The notes under the pieces: model-generated
Database searches by the model: none
Told to the model about the DNA's origin: nothing
What the model saw: the letters and a program-made list of their open reading frames with translations, nothing else
Position numbers and translations under genes: made by a program
Assembly: GCA_964354675.1 (NCBI GenBank)
Contig: CAYHAT010000002.1
Span: 1-35,392, forward strand
DNA: 35,392 nt
From: an uncultured Actinomycetota bacterium
GTDB taxonomy: Bacteria; Actinomycetota; Geothermincolia; Geothermincolales; RBG-13-55-18
Reading direction: 5' to 3'
Part shown: one piece after another, positions 27,797 to 35,392 of the stretch
Numbering within the stretch: the stretch's first letter is position 1
How the letters are laid out: the number at the start of each line of letters is the position of its first letter

Positions 27797-27800
27797 CATC

Positions 27801-30023
27801 TCAGCCTGTCGCGGCCTCCCCCAGGTCATGCTCCTTCTCCGCCCGCGATGTCGTTCTGGGTCTATGGAATGGAAGGGTCATGCTGAAGGTGGTGCCCTTG
27901 CCCTTGGCGCTGTTCACCCACATCTCCCCACCATGGGCGGTCACTAACTGCTTGCTGATGGAAAGACCCAGCCCGGTGCCGCTCTGCTGCCGCGTTGAGG
28001 ACGAGTCGACCTGGTAGAACTTGTCGAAGATCCTGGGGAGGTCCTGGACGGATATGCCGATGCCGTTGTCGGTGACCTTGATGAGGCAATCCTCACCCAC
28101 GGAAATCGCCTTTATCCTTACCTCTCCGCCTTCGGGAGTGAACTTGATGGCATTGTGGATGAGGTTCATGAACACCTGCCCCAACCGCTCGTTATCACCC
28201 TCTACCAAGGGCAAGTCGCCCGGTATCTCCACGCGCAGGGAGATACCCTTCTCCTGTGCGAGATTGTCCAATTGCTGCACCACTCCCGCGATCACCTCGG
28301 AGAGTAACAAGGGTTCGTGACGCACTTCGATGATCCCCGCCTCTATCTTGGAGAGGTCGAGGAGGTCATCGATTAGCATGGTCAGCGACTCGGTCTGTTT
28401 CTGCACCACGTCCAGGTAATGGCGTTGTTTTTCGGTGACCGGACCGACCCTCTCCGCCGCAAGCAGGCGCACGAATCCCTTTATAGAGGTCAGAGGGGTC
28501 TTTAACTCGTGGGATACGATGGAGATGAAATCCGATTTCATGCGGTCCAACTCAATGAAATCGGTGATGTCGTGCAGCAGGATCACGGCCCCTCCTACCT
28601 TGCCGTCGACGTCCGTGAGAGGGACCCAGAATACCTGGAAGATGATGGGAGGTTCGCTACCCACGATCATCTCGCTCCTCAGGTTCTCCCCGTCCGAGAG
28701 CACTTTCTTCAAGGCATCACGATGCGGCATCTCTTTGAACTCGATATCGTAGCGCGACCTTTCCAGGATATCGCTCAGCGGCCGGTCGTAATCGTCGGCC
28801 TCTAGTTGCATAAGTCTTGAGATGAACGGGTTTGCCAGCACCAACTTCCCATCCTGGTCCAGCACCATAAGGCCGTCCGTGAGGCTGTTGATGATGGTCT
28901 CTATCTTGGTCTTGTCCTCGAGAATGGTCTGGTACAGAGTTGCTTTCTCCAGGGCCAGAGCCGCCTCGCTGGATAGGGTCAGGAGGAGACGAGCCGCATC
29001 GTCATCGAAGGTACCGCTCTCTTTGGAGAAGCAGCACAGCACCCCTATGACACTGGAGCTTGCGTAGAGCGGAACCGCGATCATCGACGTGTAACCTACT
29101 TTTCTAAGGTAGGTCGTGAAGCGCGGGTCCTCCTTGCTGTCCTTGAGGATAACGGGAAGCACCGCCGATGCCGAGATATACAGCGGGTTGTCCTCGGCCT
29201 CTTCGACCAGGAGCCTTATCTTGCCCTCATCCAGTCCACGGCTTGCTTTCACCCGCAATCGTTCCGGCGCCTCTAGAAGCGTGACCGCGACAGCATCACC
29301 GGGCACCAGTTCGCGGGCATTGTCGATGAGTATGGCCATCATCTCCTCCTCATCGAGGGTAGAAGCGAACTTGAGTGACACCGCATAGAGCGTGGATAAT
29401 TCCCTGCGCTTAGTGTCAGCCTGGTCGTAAAGATAAGTCAGGGCTTGCTTCTCCCTTTCCTGTTCGCGCGCTTTGCTGATCACGAAAAACCCGCACAATG
29501 CGATGATAATGTATATAGGCATCGCCATAGCCATGCCCTTGAGGGTCTCGGGAGAAACCGTCTCATACGAGAGGGGCGCGAAATAGATGACGCAGGTCAC
29601 CGCGGTGATCAGCATCGTCTCAATGAGTTCGAAGTATGCGGATGAGAAGATGATCACCGTCAGAAAGAGCAGAGAGATGCTGCTCTCGCTCCCCCCCGTC
29701 AGATAGACCATCACCGCGATAAGTGCGTCCGTCGCCAGCAGTAGGAAGAAGAAAGCCACCGGGTGATAACCCTCGTAGGGGAAGTAGCGATGCGCCAGAA
29801 AGATGACCACGGAGAGCACCACGAAGCCATAAAAAACGGGCGACTCACTGCGCTCCGAGTAAGGCAGCACGAACACCATGGTCGCGACGACGATGGTCAG
29901 CCAGAAAAGAGAGGCGATGAAGCGGGTGGAGGAGAGGAGCAGCCGTACTCCCCCACGTTGCTCGCTTCCTGCCGGTTTCCCCAGCGGGGCCGTCTTGCCT
30001 GTCCTCAAGTCTCTTCTCTTCAA
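27801..30023 (-). CDS. Membrane sensor histidine kinase (multi-TM N-terminus, GAF, PAS, HisKA, HATPase_c)
   Basis: About 6 hydrophobic helices are followed by a GAF-like region (LSTLYAVSLKFASTLDEEEMMAIL...), PAS (IINSLTDGLMVLDQDGKLVLANPF), the H-box FISIVSHELKTPLTSIKGF, and the N/G boxes (NLIHNAIKFTPEGG, DNGIGI, GTGLGLSI). The first 100 aa of the track ORF overlap the upstream gene and are discounted. The exact start is uncertain (TTG 30023 or 30008, or ATG further in). Confidence 0.85.
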   Translation of the reverse strand: MKRRDLRTGKTAPLGKPAGSEQRGGVRLLLSSTRFIASLFWLTIVVATMVFVLPYSERSESPVFYGFVVLSVVIFLAHRYFPYEGYHPVAFFFLLLATDALIAVMVYLTGGSESSISLLFLTVIIFSSAYFELIETMLITAVTCVIYFAPLSYETVSPETLKGMAMAMPIYIIIALCGFFVISKAREQEREKQALTYLYDQADTKRRELSTLYAVSLKFASTLDEEEMMAILIDNARELVPGDAVAVTLLEAPERLRVKASRGLDEGKIRLLVEEAEDNPLYISASAVLPVILKDSKEDPRFTTYLRKVGYTSMIAVPLYASSSVIGVLCCFSKESGTFDDDAARLLLTLSSEAALALEKATLYQTILEDKTKIETIINSLTDGLMVLDQDGKLVLANPFISRLMQLEADDYDRPLSDILERSRYDIEFKEMPHRDALKKVLSDGENLRSEMIVGSEPPIIFQVFWVPLTDVDGKVGGAVILLHDITDFIELDRMKSDFISIVSHELKTPLTSIKGFVRLLAAERVGPVTEKQRHYLDVVQKQTESLTMLIDDLLDLSKIEAGIIEVRHEPLLLSEVIAGVVQQLDNLAQEKGISLRVEIPGDLPLVEGDNERLGQVFMNLIHNAIKFTPEGGEVRIKAISVGEDCLIKVTDNGIGISVQDLPRIFDKFYQVDSSSTRQQSGTGLGLSISKQLVTAHGGEMWVNSAKGKGTTFSMTLPFHRPRTTSRAEKEHDLGEAATG

Positions 30024-30040
30024 ACCTTCATACCATCCGT

Positions 30041-31090
30041 TCAATCCGTGCGGCGCCGGTCGAAAACGTAATTGCTCCCATCCTTGTTCTTGGCGAATTT
30101 CTTGAGCTCTGCGGCGATCTGCGCTACCTTGCCGGGATGGTCCAGTTTGCGGTAGGTGTTGTGCACGATAGCTATGCTGATGGTCATGATGGGGAACTCG
30201 TTTATCTTTCCCTGGCGATCGGTGCTGATGATGCATCCTTTTTCGCGGTCCTCGGGTTCGTAATGGGCCGGTATGCGCGCGTCGAACAGCCGGATGGTCT
30301 CCTGGGAGATCAGCGGCGCACACCCCATCTCCGTCACCACGATAAAGTCATCTCCCCCGATGTGACCTACGAAGTCATCCGAACCGCCGTACTTGTCCAG
30401 GGCTTCGAGGAGTACCTGGGTGGTCAGCTTGATGACCTCGCTGCCTGCGACGAATCCGTAACGGTCATTGTAGGCTTTGAAGTCATCGAGATCGACATAG
30501 CAGACGGCGAACCTGAGGCCGGCGCGTATACGGGATTCTATAGTCTCCTCTATAGCCCGGTTTCCCGGCAGCCCGGTCAGGGGGCTCGCCTCCCCGTCGC
30601 GGATGGAACGGCGCAGGTGCATACTGATCCTGGCCTCCAGCTCCAACGGGTCGAAGGGTTTGGTCAAGTAATCGTCCGCCCCAGTCTCCATGCCCTTTAT
30701 CTTGTCCTCGAGCATCCCTTTGGCGGTCAATAGGATAATGGGTATATGGCTGGTGAGTACCTCACCGCGCAGGCGCAGGCATACCTCCAGGCCATCGAGG
30801 TCTGGCATCATCACGTCCAGCACGACTATATCCGGTCTCTCGCTCTCGCAGATCCGCAGCGCTTCCTTCCCGTCCCTGGCCTCGATGGGATTGTACTTGT
30901 CGTCACCCAGGGTCTCGACGATAAGTTCTCGGATATTGGGATCGTCGTCGACCACAAGGATCTTGTATTTCTTTTTGCTCTCACCAGGCCTTGCAGGCTC
31001 GCCCCTCAGTATATCGTCGAACAACTCGCCACCTCCGGCGCAGATCCCCACCCGTAGGCTACAAGCATGCTTCGGCCGCCAGTAGCCCAT
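30041..31090 (-). CDS. Response regulator: REC domain fused to a non-canonical GGDEF domain (GGDDF)
   Basis: REC: KILVVDDDPNIRE...DIVVLDVMMPDLDG...LTAKG...DDYLTKPF. GGDEF-type: PLTGLPGNRAI...FAVCYVDLDDFKAYNDRYGFVAGSEVI...FVGHIGGDDFIVV. An alternative start at TTG 31024 has a GGAGGTGG SD; the ATG at 31090 has no clear SD. Confidence 0.88.
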   Translation of the reverse strand: MGYWRPKHACSLRVGICAGGGELFDDILRGEPARPGESKKKYKILVVDDDPNIRELIVETLGDDKYNPIEARDGKEALRICESERPDIVVLDVMMPDLDGLEVCLRLRGEVLTSHIPIILLTAKGMLEDKIKGMETGADDYLTKPFDPLELEARISMHLRRSIRDGEASPLTGLPGNRAIEETIESRIRAGLRFAVCYVDLDDFKAYNDRYGFVAGSEVIKLTTQVLLEALDKYGGSDDFVGHIGGDDFIVVTEMGCAPLISQETIRLFDARIPAHYEPEDREKGCIISTDRQGKINEFPIMTISIAIVHNTYRKLDHPGKVAQIAAELKKFAKNKDGSNYVFDRRRTD

Positions 31091-31141
31091 TATCTTGATA
31101 TCGTCTCACCAAGGCTGCCACTTGATAAAAATGCAGCTCAT

Positions 31142-33139
31142 TCACCTGTTAACGGGGTCACCTCCATAACGTTCAAGAATGCCCAGGAAGACCTCCACCA
31201 CCTCCGGGTCGAACTGGTTCCCCGCGTTGCGGATCAGTTCCTCCGTCGCCATGCCCAGGGGGAGCGCACGACGATATGGCCGGTCGGAACGCATGGCCTC
31301 AAAAGCGTCTGCGACGGAGAGTATGCGCGCACAGAGCGGGATGCCTGAACCCTTCAGGCCCAGTGGATACCCCGTGCCGTCGAAACGCTCGTGGTGATGG
31401 AGGATGATAGGACGAGGACCTTGCAGAAAATCCACAGGCTCGATGATGCTGTCACCCAGCATGGGGTGGGTCTTGACGTGGCTGTATTCCTCGTCGGTCA
31501 GGTTTCCGGGCTTGTTCAGAACCCGGCCCGCGATGCCGATCTTTCCGATGTCATGCAGGGTGGCGGCGTACTTCAGTTTCTGCCTGTCTCTCTCCTCCAG
31601 GCGCATGGCGTCCGCTATCAACAGGGCGTACTCTGTTACTCGCTCGGAATGGCCGTGTGTATATGGGTCTTTCACTTCGATCGCCTTGGCAAGCGCTTTT
31701 ACCGTAGAGAAATAGCTCCTCTCAATATCTTCGTAGAGGGCGGCGTTCTCGATGGCCATGGATGCCTGGGCGGCAATGGCACTTACCACCTCTATCTCCT
31801 CCCTCTCCAGGTCATCAGCCTCCCGGCAAGGATAGAAGAGGGTGAACACCCCGGTCAGCTCTTCCCTGGAGCTCAACGGGAATATGAAGATGAGGTCCAC
31901 GCCGTGTTCGTACATGAGTTCGGCCGGGAGCAAGCAGCCCGCTTCTGCACATGGGAGCACCAGCGGAACGCCCTCTTCCAGTGTCCTTATTTGCGGTTGT
32001 TGCAGCTCACCTAAGAGGAAACCTGCTTTCCTCTCACCCTCCCATTGGCCGTCCTCGATGAAACCATAGTGCGCTGCAGGGATGAACTGCCCCTCCTCGT
32101 CCTCCTTGAGATAGATCGCGCACATGACCACGCCGCACAGGTCAACGGTCATCTGGACCACCTTCTCCAGGATCTCCTGCAGGTCGAGGGTGGAGTTGAT
32201 GGCCCGCGTTATCTCCAGCAACGCAACCGTCTCCTTGATCTTGTGTTGCTCGCGCGCGTGCAGATAAGCGTTTTCCAAAGCGACTGCGAGGCGGCTTGCA
32301 AACCTGCCCGCCAGTTCGATCTCTTCGCAGGTGAAGCGCTTCCTGTCCGGGCCATCCGAGAGCAGCATCACAGCCGTGGTGCGTCCTCTGACCACCATGG
32401 GAAGCACGAGTACGGCATTGGCCCCTTTATCCTCCCTGAATGCTCTGAAACATGAGCCTTCGTTCTCGGGGCCCTCCCAATATGGGTCTCCCAGTTCGAG
32501 CAGCGCGAAGGCTGCGCTCCCTTGCAGCGCAAGAGCGGGTAGGTTGACGTTCTCGTTGGCCAGGTCTCCCGCAACGGGGACTAACCGCCGTTCTGCGTCT
32601 ATGCTAAAGATGGTAGCCTCATCCATGCGCACCAGGTCCTTCAACCTGCCCAGTCCTACCTTGGTGAGGGTGGGCGGGTCTAAGGTGGCGGCTATGGTGT
32701 CGGGGAAGCGGTCGACTTCGCGCAGGTGTTGGGCCAGCCGCTCCCTTTTGTTGCCCTCGGCTTCCAGGTATAACTCGAAAAGCCTGGCTTGTGCCTGCAG
32801 CAGCGAACCGCTGAGGCGGCTCATCTCCTCCTTCTCGCTCATGCCGTTCAGATGCGCGTAGATGCTGTTTATCAAGGCTTGGCAAAGTCCGGCGGTCGTT
32901 TTCCAGGGGATCTCATGGTCGGAGAGGTGGTGTGCAGCCTTGTTCAACCCCACGTCATCAGAAGCAGCTCCTTCATCTCGCACATCGATGAAATCGAGCA
33001 GAGCCACGAGGAGCTGTCGCGGATCCACACCCAAGCTCTCAGCCCCCTCCACATCACCTGGGGTCATAGCCTCGAGGGCGCTGGACAATATGGACTCGCG
33101 TTCCTTTGCAAGCAGGTTATTTCCTGCCCCGCTGGCCAT
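31142..33139 (-). CDS. GAF-GAF-HD-GYP cyclic-dinucleotide phosphodiesterase with an uncharacterised ~190-aa N-terminal region
   Basis: HD-GYP core: DPYTHGHSERV...AATLHDIGKIG...ILHHHERFDGTGYPLGLKG...ILSVADAFEAMRSDRPYR. It is preceded by two GAF-like modules (ATIFSIDAERRLVPVAG... and INSTLDLQEILEKVVQMTVDLCG...). Confidence 0.9.
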   Translation of the reverse strand: MASGAGNNLLAKERESILSSALEAMTPGDVEGAESLGVDPRQLLVALLDFIDVRDEGAASDDVGLNKAAHHLSDHEIPWKTTAGLCQALINSIYAHLNGMSEKEEMSRLSGSLLQAQARLFELYLEAEGNKRERLAQHLREVDRFPDTIAATLDPPTLTKVGLGRLKDLVRMDEATIFSIDAERRLVPVAGDLANENVNLPALALQGSAAFALLELGDPYWEGPENEGSCFRAFREDKGANAVLVLPMVVRGRTTAVMLLSDGPDRKRFTCEEIELAGRFASRLAVALENAYLHAREQHKIKETVALLEITRAINSTLDLQEILEKVVQMTVDLCGVVMCAIYLKEDEEGQFIPAAHYGFIEDGQWEGERKAGFLLGELQQPQIRTLEEGVPLVLPCAEAGCLLPAELMYEHGVDLIFIFPLSSREELTGVFTLFYPCREADDLEREEIEVVSAIAAQASMAIENAALYEDIERSYFSTVKALAKAIEVKDPYTHGHSERVTEYALLIADAMRLEERDRQKLKYAATLHDIGKIGIAGRVLNKPGNLTDEEYSHVKTHPMLGDSIIEPVDFLQGPRPIILHHHERFDGTGYPLGLKGSGIPLCARILSVADAFEAMRSDRPYRRALPLGMATEELIRNAGNQFDPEVVEVFLGILERYGGDPVNR

Positions 33140-33467
33140 TTTTCGTTGTTCTCCCGCATCCTACAAAAGCTCCAACATCTCACTATGATTATCGGCACGG
33201 CCCGATAGTGGTCTTAACAACCAGGGATCGGCTGGAGAGAATATCGCCTGCCTCGATATGCTGGGGGTTCCCACACAGTCTGTCTGGTTTCCGCTTATTT
33301 GAGGCCAAACATACGTAAAGGGGGATAAGAGATAGGAGGAGGGCTGATGTCGATGGTCGGCGTACTTTTTCTGGAAGCCTGACTGTTACAGATAATCCTG
33401 CTTTGATTCCCTGCCCGATGCAAGTAAGTAGCCTTATAGATCTTACCATGTAACGGCCGAGGGAACT

Positions 33468-35258
33468 TCACCTGACTTCGTATCCATCCGCGAGCCCATA
33501 CCGCCTGTCCAAGCCTCTGGTGATGAAATAGCTCCTGGGCCGATCCTCAAACTGGAGGTTCCTCCCGGCATTCTCAAAATCGAGCATGGAGTCCACAAGA
33601 GGAAGGGTTATCTTCGACGGGTATCTCGGGGAGCTACGAACATCGACCTTTCCCATATGAGGCGAGGGAAAATGCGCGTAGGGGAAGTCGTGGTAAAGAG
33701 ACTCCGCGCAGGAGATCTCCAGCCTGATGCGATGGCCGGCAAGAAATACATTGGATACCGGCCATATCTCGATCAGATATTCATATATCTTTCCGGGCTC
33801 TAACTTCTCCTCCCTCAGATGAGGATGGAAGGGACGGTAGGGAAGCGAACGTTGCTCGTCTATCTCCCGGTGAGAGGCCTTGAGCCATCCCCTGGATAGT
33901 ACCCTGAAGCCGCCATCCTCGTCCTCATCACAGAACCTTACGAGGTAACTGGTATCCTTGGCGCTGCACGATGCATAGAGCGCGAGCACGATGTGTCCGG
34001 TTATCTCTACGTCTGAGCGCAGGACAGGGCTCCTGTATACAAGTTGCGGCAGCCCCAGAAGACCCAGGGATAGCGGCCATGACAGATAAGAGAGGGCCTT
34101 ATCCTCCTCTCCCGGCGGTTCTAGGCTAAGCCGGCCGATATTGCGCCAGCCTCCCTCCGGCCTCAGGTATAGGTCGTTGTACTTAGTGCGGGCAATCGGC
34201 CACTCCTGCTCCGACCGCCACCTGTTCTTCCCCATCACCCAGATGTTTACCGGAGGATTCTTGTCGATCCCGGTATCCATTCCCTTGAGCCAATAGTCAT
34301 ACCACCTCAACGACTCCAGGCGCCATGAACTGTAGGGGCGGAAGGGCACCTGCGGAGGACCCACGAGCATCCTCCTCGGCCCCTTTGCCTGACAGAAACC
34401 ATCGAAGACGCCACGCAGGTGAAGTCCTACGGCGTATTCCCAACCGGATCCTATATAGGTGGGCACCTTGAGCTCACCCTCGCTCCAATACCCGGAACGC
34501 TCGTGCATCCATGCGTCATCATATTTATGCCTCTGGGCGATGAAGCTTATCACCAAGGATAAGAATGAAGCCCAGTTCATCCTCTTCTCTTCTCGCTTCA
34601 GGCCCTTTTGGAACACCAGGTGGTCCACTATCCAGAAGTATCCCATCAGAAAATCAAAGAGGCTCATCTTGCCGCCATGGTAACAACAGTCACGGTAAAG
34701 GTCATAGATGGGGTCATAGGCGAAGATGCATTTAAGATGAGGGGGGTTCTTTTTAGCGATGAGCAGCTGCACGATGCCGAAATAAGACATACCTATCATG
34801 CCCACGTTGCCGTTACACCAGGGCTGGCCGGCGATCCATTCCACCAACTCCGCTCCATCTTGTATCTCGCGATCGTCGAACAACGCGAATTCTCCTCCGG
34901 TGTGCCCGGATCCCCTGCAATCCGCGATCACATGCACATATCCACGGCTCACGAAGAACTCGATATCTCCGGCCTCATTGCACAGACTTGGGGAATCCGT
35001 TCCTTGCAGTTCTTTGGTGTAGTTGGACATGGCCAGCAGTGCCGGGAATTCACATTCCGCATCGGGATGATATATATCTATGGCTACCTGGAGTCCGTCG
35101 GACATGGGCACGTAGATGTTTCTCTCCACCACAACACCGTAAGCGGGTTCCGATAGCTCTGGCGATTTTGGAGGTTCGTTGTACGGGTATTGCGGGGCGG
35201 ATCTGCACCTGAAATCAGCCGGCCTGGGCGGGAATCTCTTTACCCTTGAATATCCCAT
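33468..35258 (-). CDS. CocE/NonD-family alpha/beta hydrolase (peptidase S15, X-Pro dipeptidyl-peptidase-like)
   Basis: MSDGLQVAIDIYHPD...FPALL, GYVHVIADCRGSGHTGGEF, EWIAGQPWCNGNVGMIGMSYFG (nucleophile elbow GxSYxG) and the long C-terminal beta-sandwich typical of the family. Confidence 0.85.
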   Translation of the reverse strand: MGYSRVKRFPPRPADFRCRSAPQYPYNEPPKSPELSEPAYGVVVERNIYVPMSDGLQVAIDIYHPDAECEFPALLAMSNYTKELQGTDSPSLCNEAGDIEFFVSRGYVHVIADCRGSGHTGGEFALFDDREIQDGAELVEWIAGQPWCNGNVGMIGMSYFGIVQLLIAKKNPPHLKCIFAYDPIYDLYRDCCYHGGKMSLFDFLMGYFWIVDHLVFQKGLKREEKRMNWASFLSLVISFIAQRHKYDDAWMHERSGYWSEGELKVPTYIGSGWEYAVGLHLRGVFDGFCQAKGPRRMLVGPPQVPFRPYSSWRLESLRWYDYWLKGMDTGIDKNPPVNIWVMGKNRWRSEQEWPIARTKYNDLYLRPEGGWRNIGRLSLEPPGEEDKALSYLSWPLSLGLLGLPQLVYRSPVLRSDVEITGHIVLALYASCSAKDTSYLVRFCDEDEDGGFRVLSRGWLKASHREIDEQRSLPYRPFHPHLREEKLEPGKIYEYLIEIWPVSNVFLAGHRIRLEISCAESLYHDFPYAHFPSPHMGKVDVRSSPRYPSKITLPLVDSMLDFENAGRNLQFEDRPRSYFITRGLDRRYGLADGYEVR

Positions 35259-35392
35259 TATAGTTCCCCGATCTCATCTGGAAGCCTCTATTCGCCTGGT
35301 ATCCTTATATGCCCTTCTCGCCTGCAGGATAATCCTTTATGGTTCTTCTCCGAGAAGTGTGGGTAGGAGTGTGAGAATGGTAGCTACCTTTG

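Noticed and set aside
30024-30323. 100-aa N-terminal extension of the histidine-kinase ORF (MCAADLPGDHPAVRR...).
   Set aside because: It lies entirely inside the upstream REC-GGDEF gene in another frame. It is His/Arg-rich junk and precedes the first TM helix. The real start must lie downstream of the GGDEF stop at 30041.
33337-33372. 11-codon plus-strand mini-ORF (MSMVGVLFLEA) with a very strong AGGAGGAGGG SD.
   Set aside because: There is no downstream plus-strand gene, promoter or terminator, and it runs convergently into the CocE-like gene. The purine run is more simply the complement of a CU-rich stretch in the minus-strand leader. It is kept only as a note under the leader finding.
33369-35344. 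Short shared strings flanking the CocE-like gene (tctggaagcct at 33369 and 35277; gataatcct at 33391 and 35329), which might mark insertion boundaries.
   Set aside because: 11-mer and 9-mer matches are expected many times by chance in 35 kb. The spacing differs on the two sides (11 vs 41 nt), and there are no inverted repeats or mobility genes.

Overview
This 35.4-kb, roughly 60% GC window is almost entirely housekeeping. 33 of 35 genes lie on the minus strand, many with 4-nt start/stop overlaps. From high to low coordinates the minus strand carries:
- a CocE/NonD-family hydrolase;
- a three-gene cyclic-dinucleotide signalling module (GAF-GAF-HD-GYP phosphodiesterase, REC-GGDEF response regulator, GAF-PAS histidine kinase);
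- infC-rpmI-rplT-(TrmH-family methyltransferase)-pheS-pheT;
- after the plus-strand rpsT: lepA-hemW, then hrcA(CIRCE)-dnaJ-rsmE-mtaB-hit-phoH-pgpH-ybeY-corC-like;
- the distal cell-division (ylm) cluster pgeF-acyP-mgtC-yggS-sepF-proC-yggT-divIVA;
- an almost complete ileS that runs off the window start. It is missing from the ORF track because the frame is open-ended, and I recovered it by manual translation.

Gene order (hrcA-dnaJ without grpE/dnaK, SepF/DivIVA, CIRCE) suggests a high-GC Gram-positive, possibly a deep-branching actinobacterium. That is inference only.

I found no CRISPR array, tRNA or rRNA gene, transposase, or recognisable defence or toxin-antitoxin system.

The observations most worth a second look are:
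1. The REC-GGDEF protein has Ser at the base-selectivity position (the Hypr-type signature), a GGDDF active site and no I-site. It sits between an HD-GYP enzyme and a sensor kinase.
2. A nested pair of perfect 25-bp inverted repeats plus related direct repeats (REP/MITE-like) fills the rpsT/pheT convergent gap.
3. The infC leader has a terminator-like attenuator hairpin, and infC probably starts at a non-canonical AUA codon.
4. The CIRCE operator carries the hrcA Shine-Dalgarno sequence in its 9-nt spacer.
5. A 510-bp non-coding island lies between yggU and divIVA.

Many long antisense ORFs in the track are high-GC artefacts. Several track ORFs have spurious N-terminal extensions, which I trimmed using SD sequences and neighbouring stop codons.
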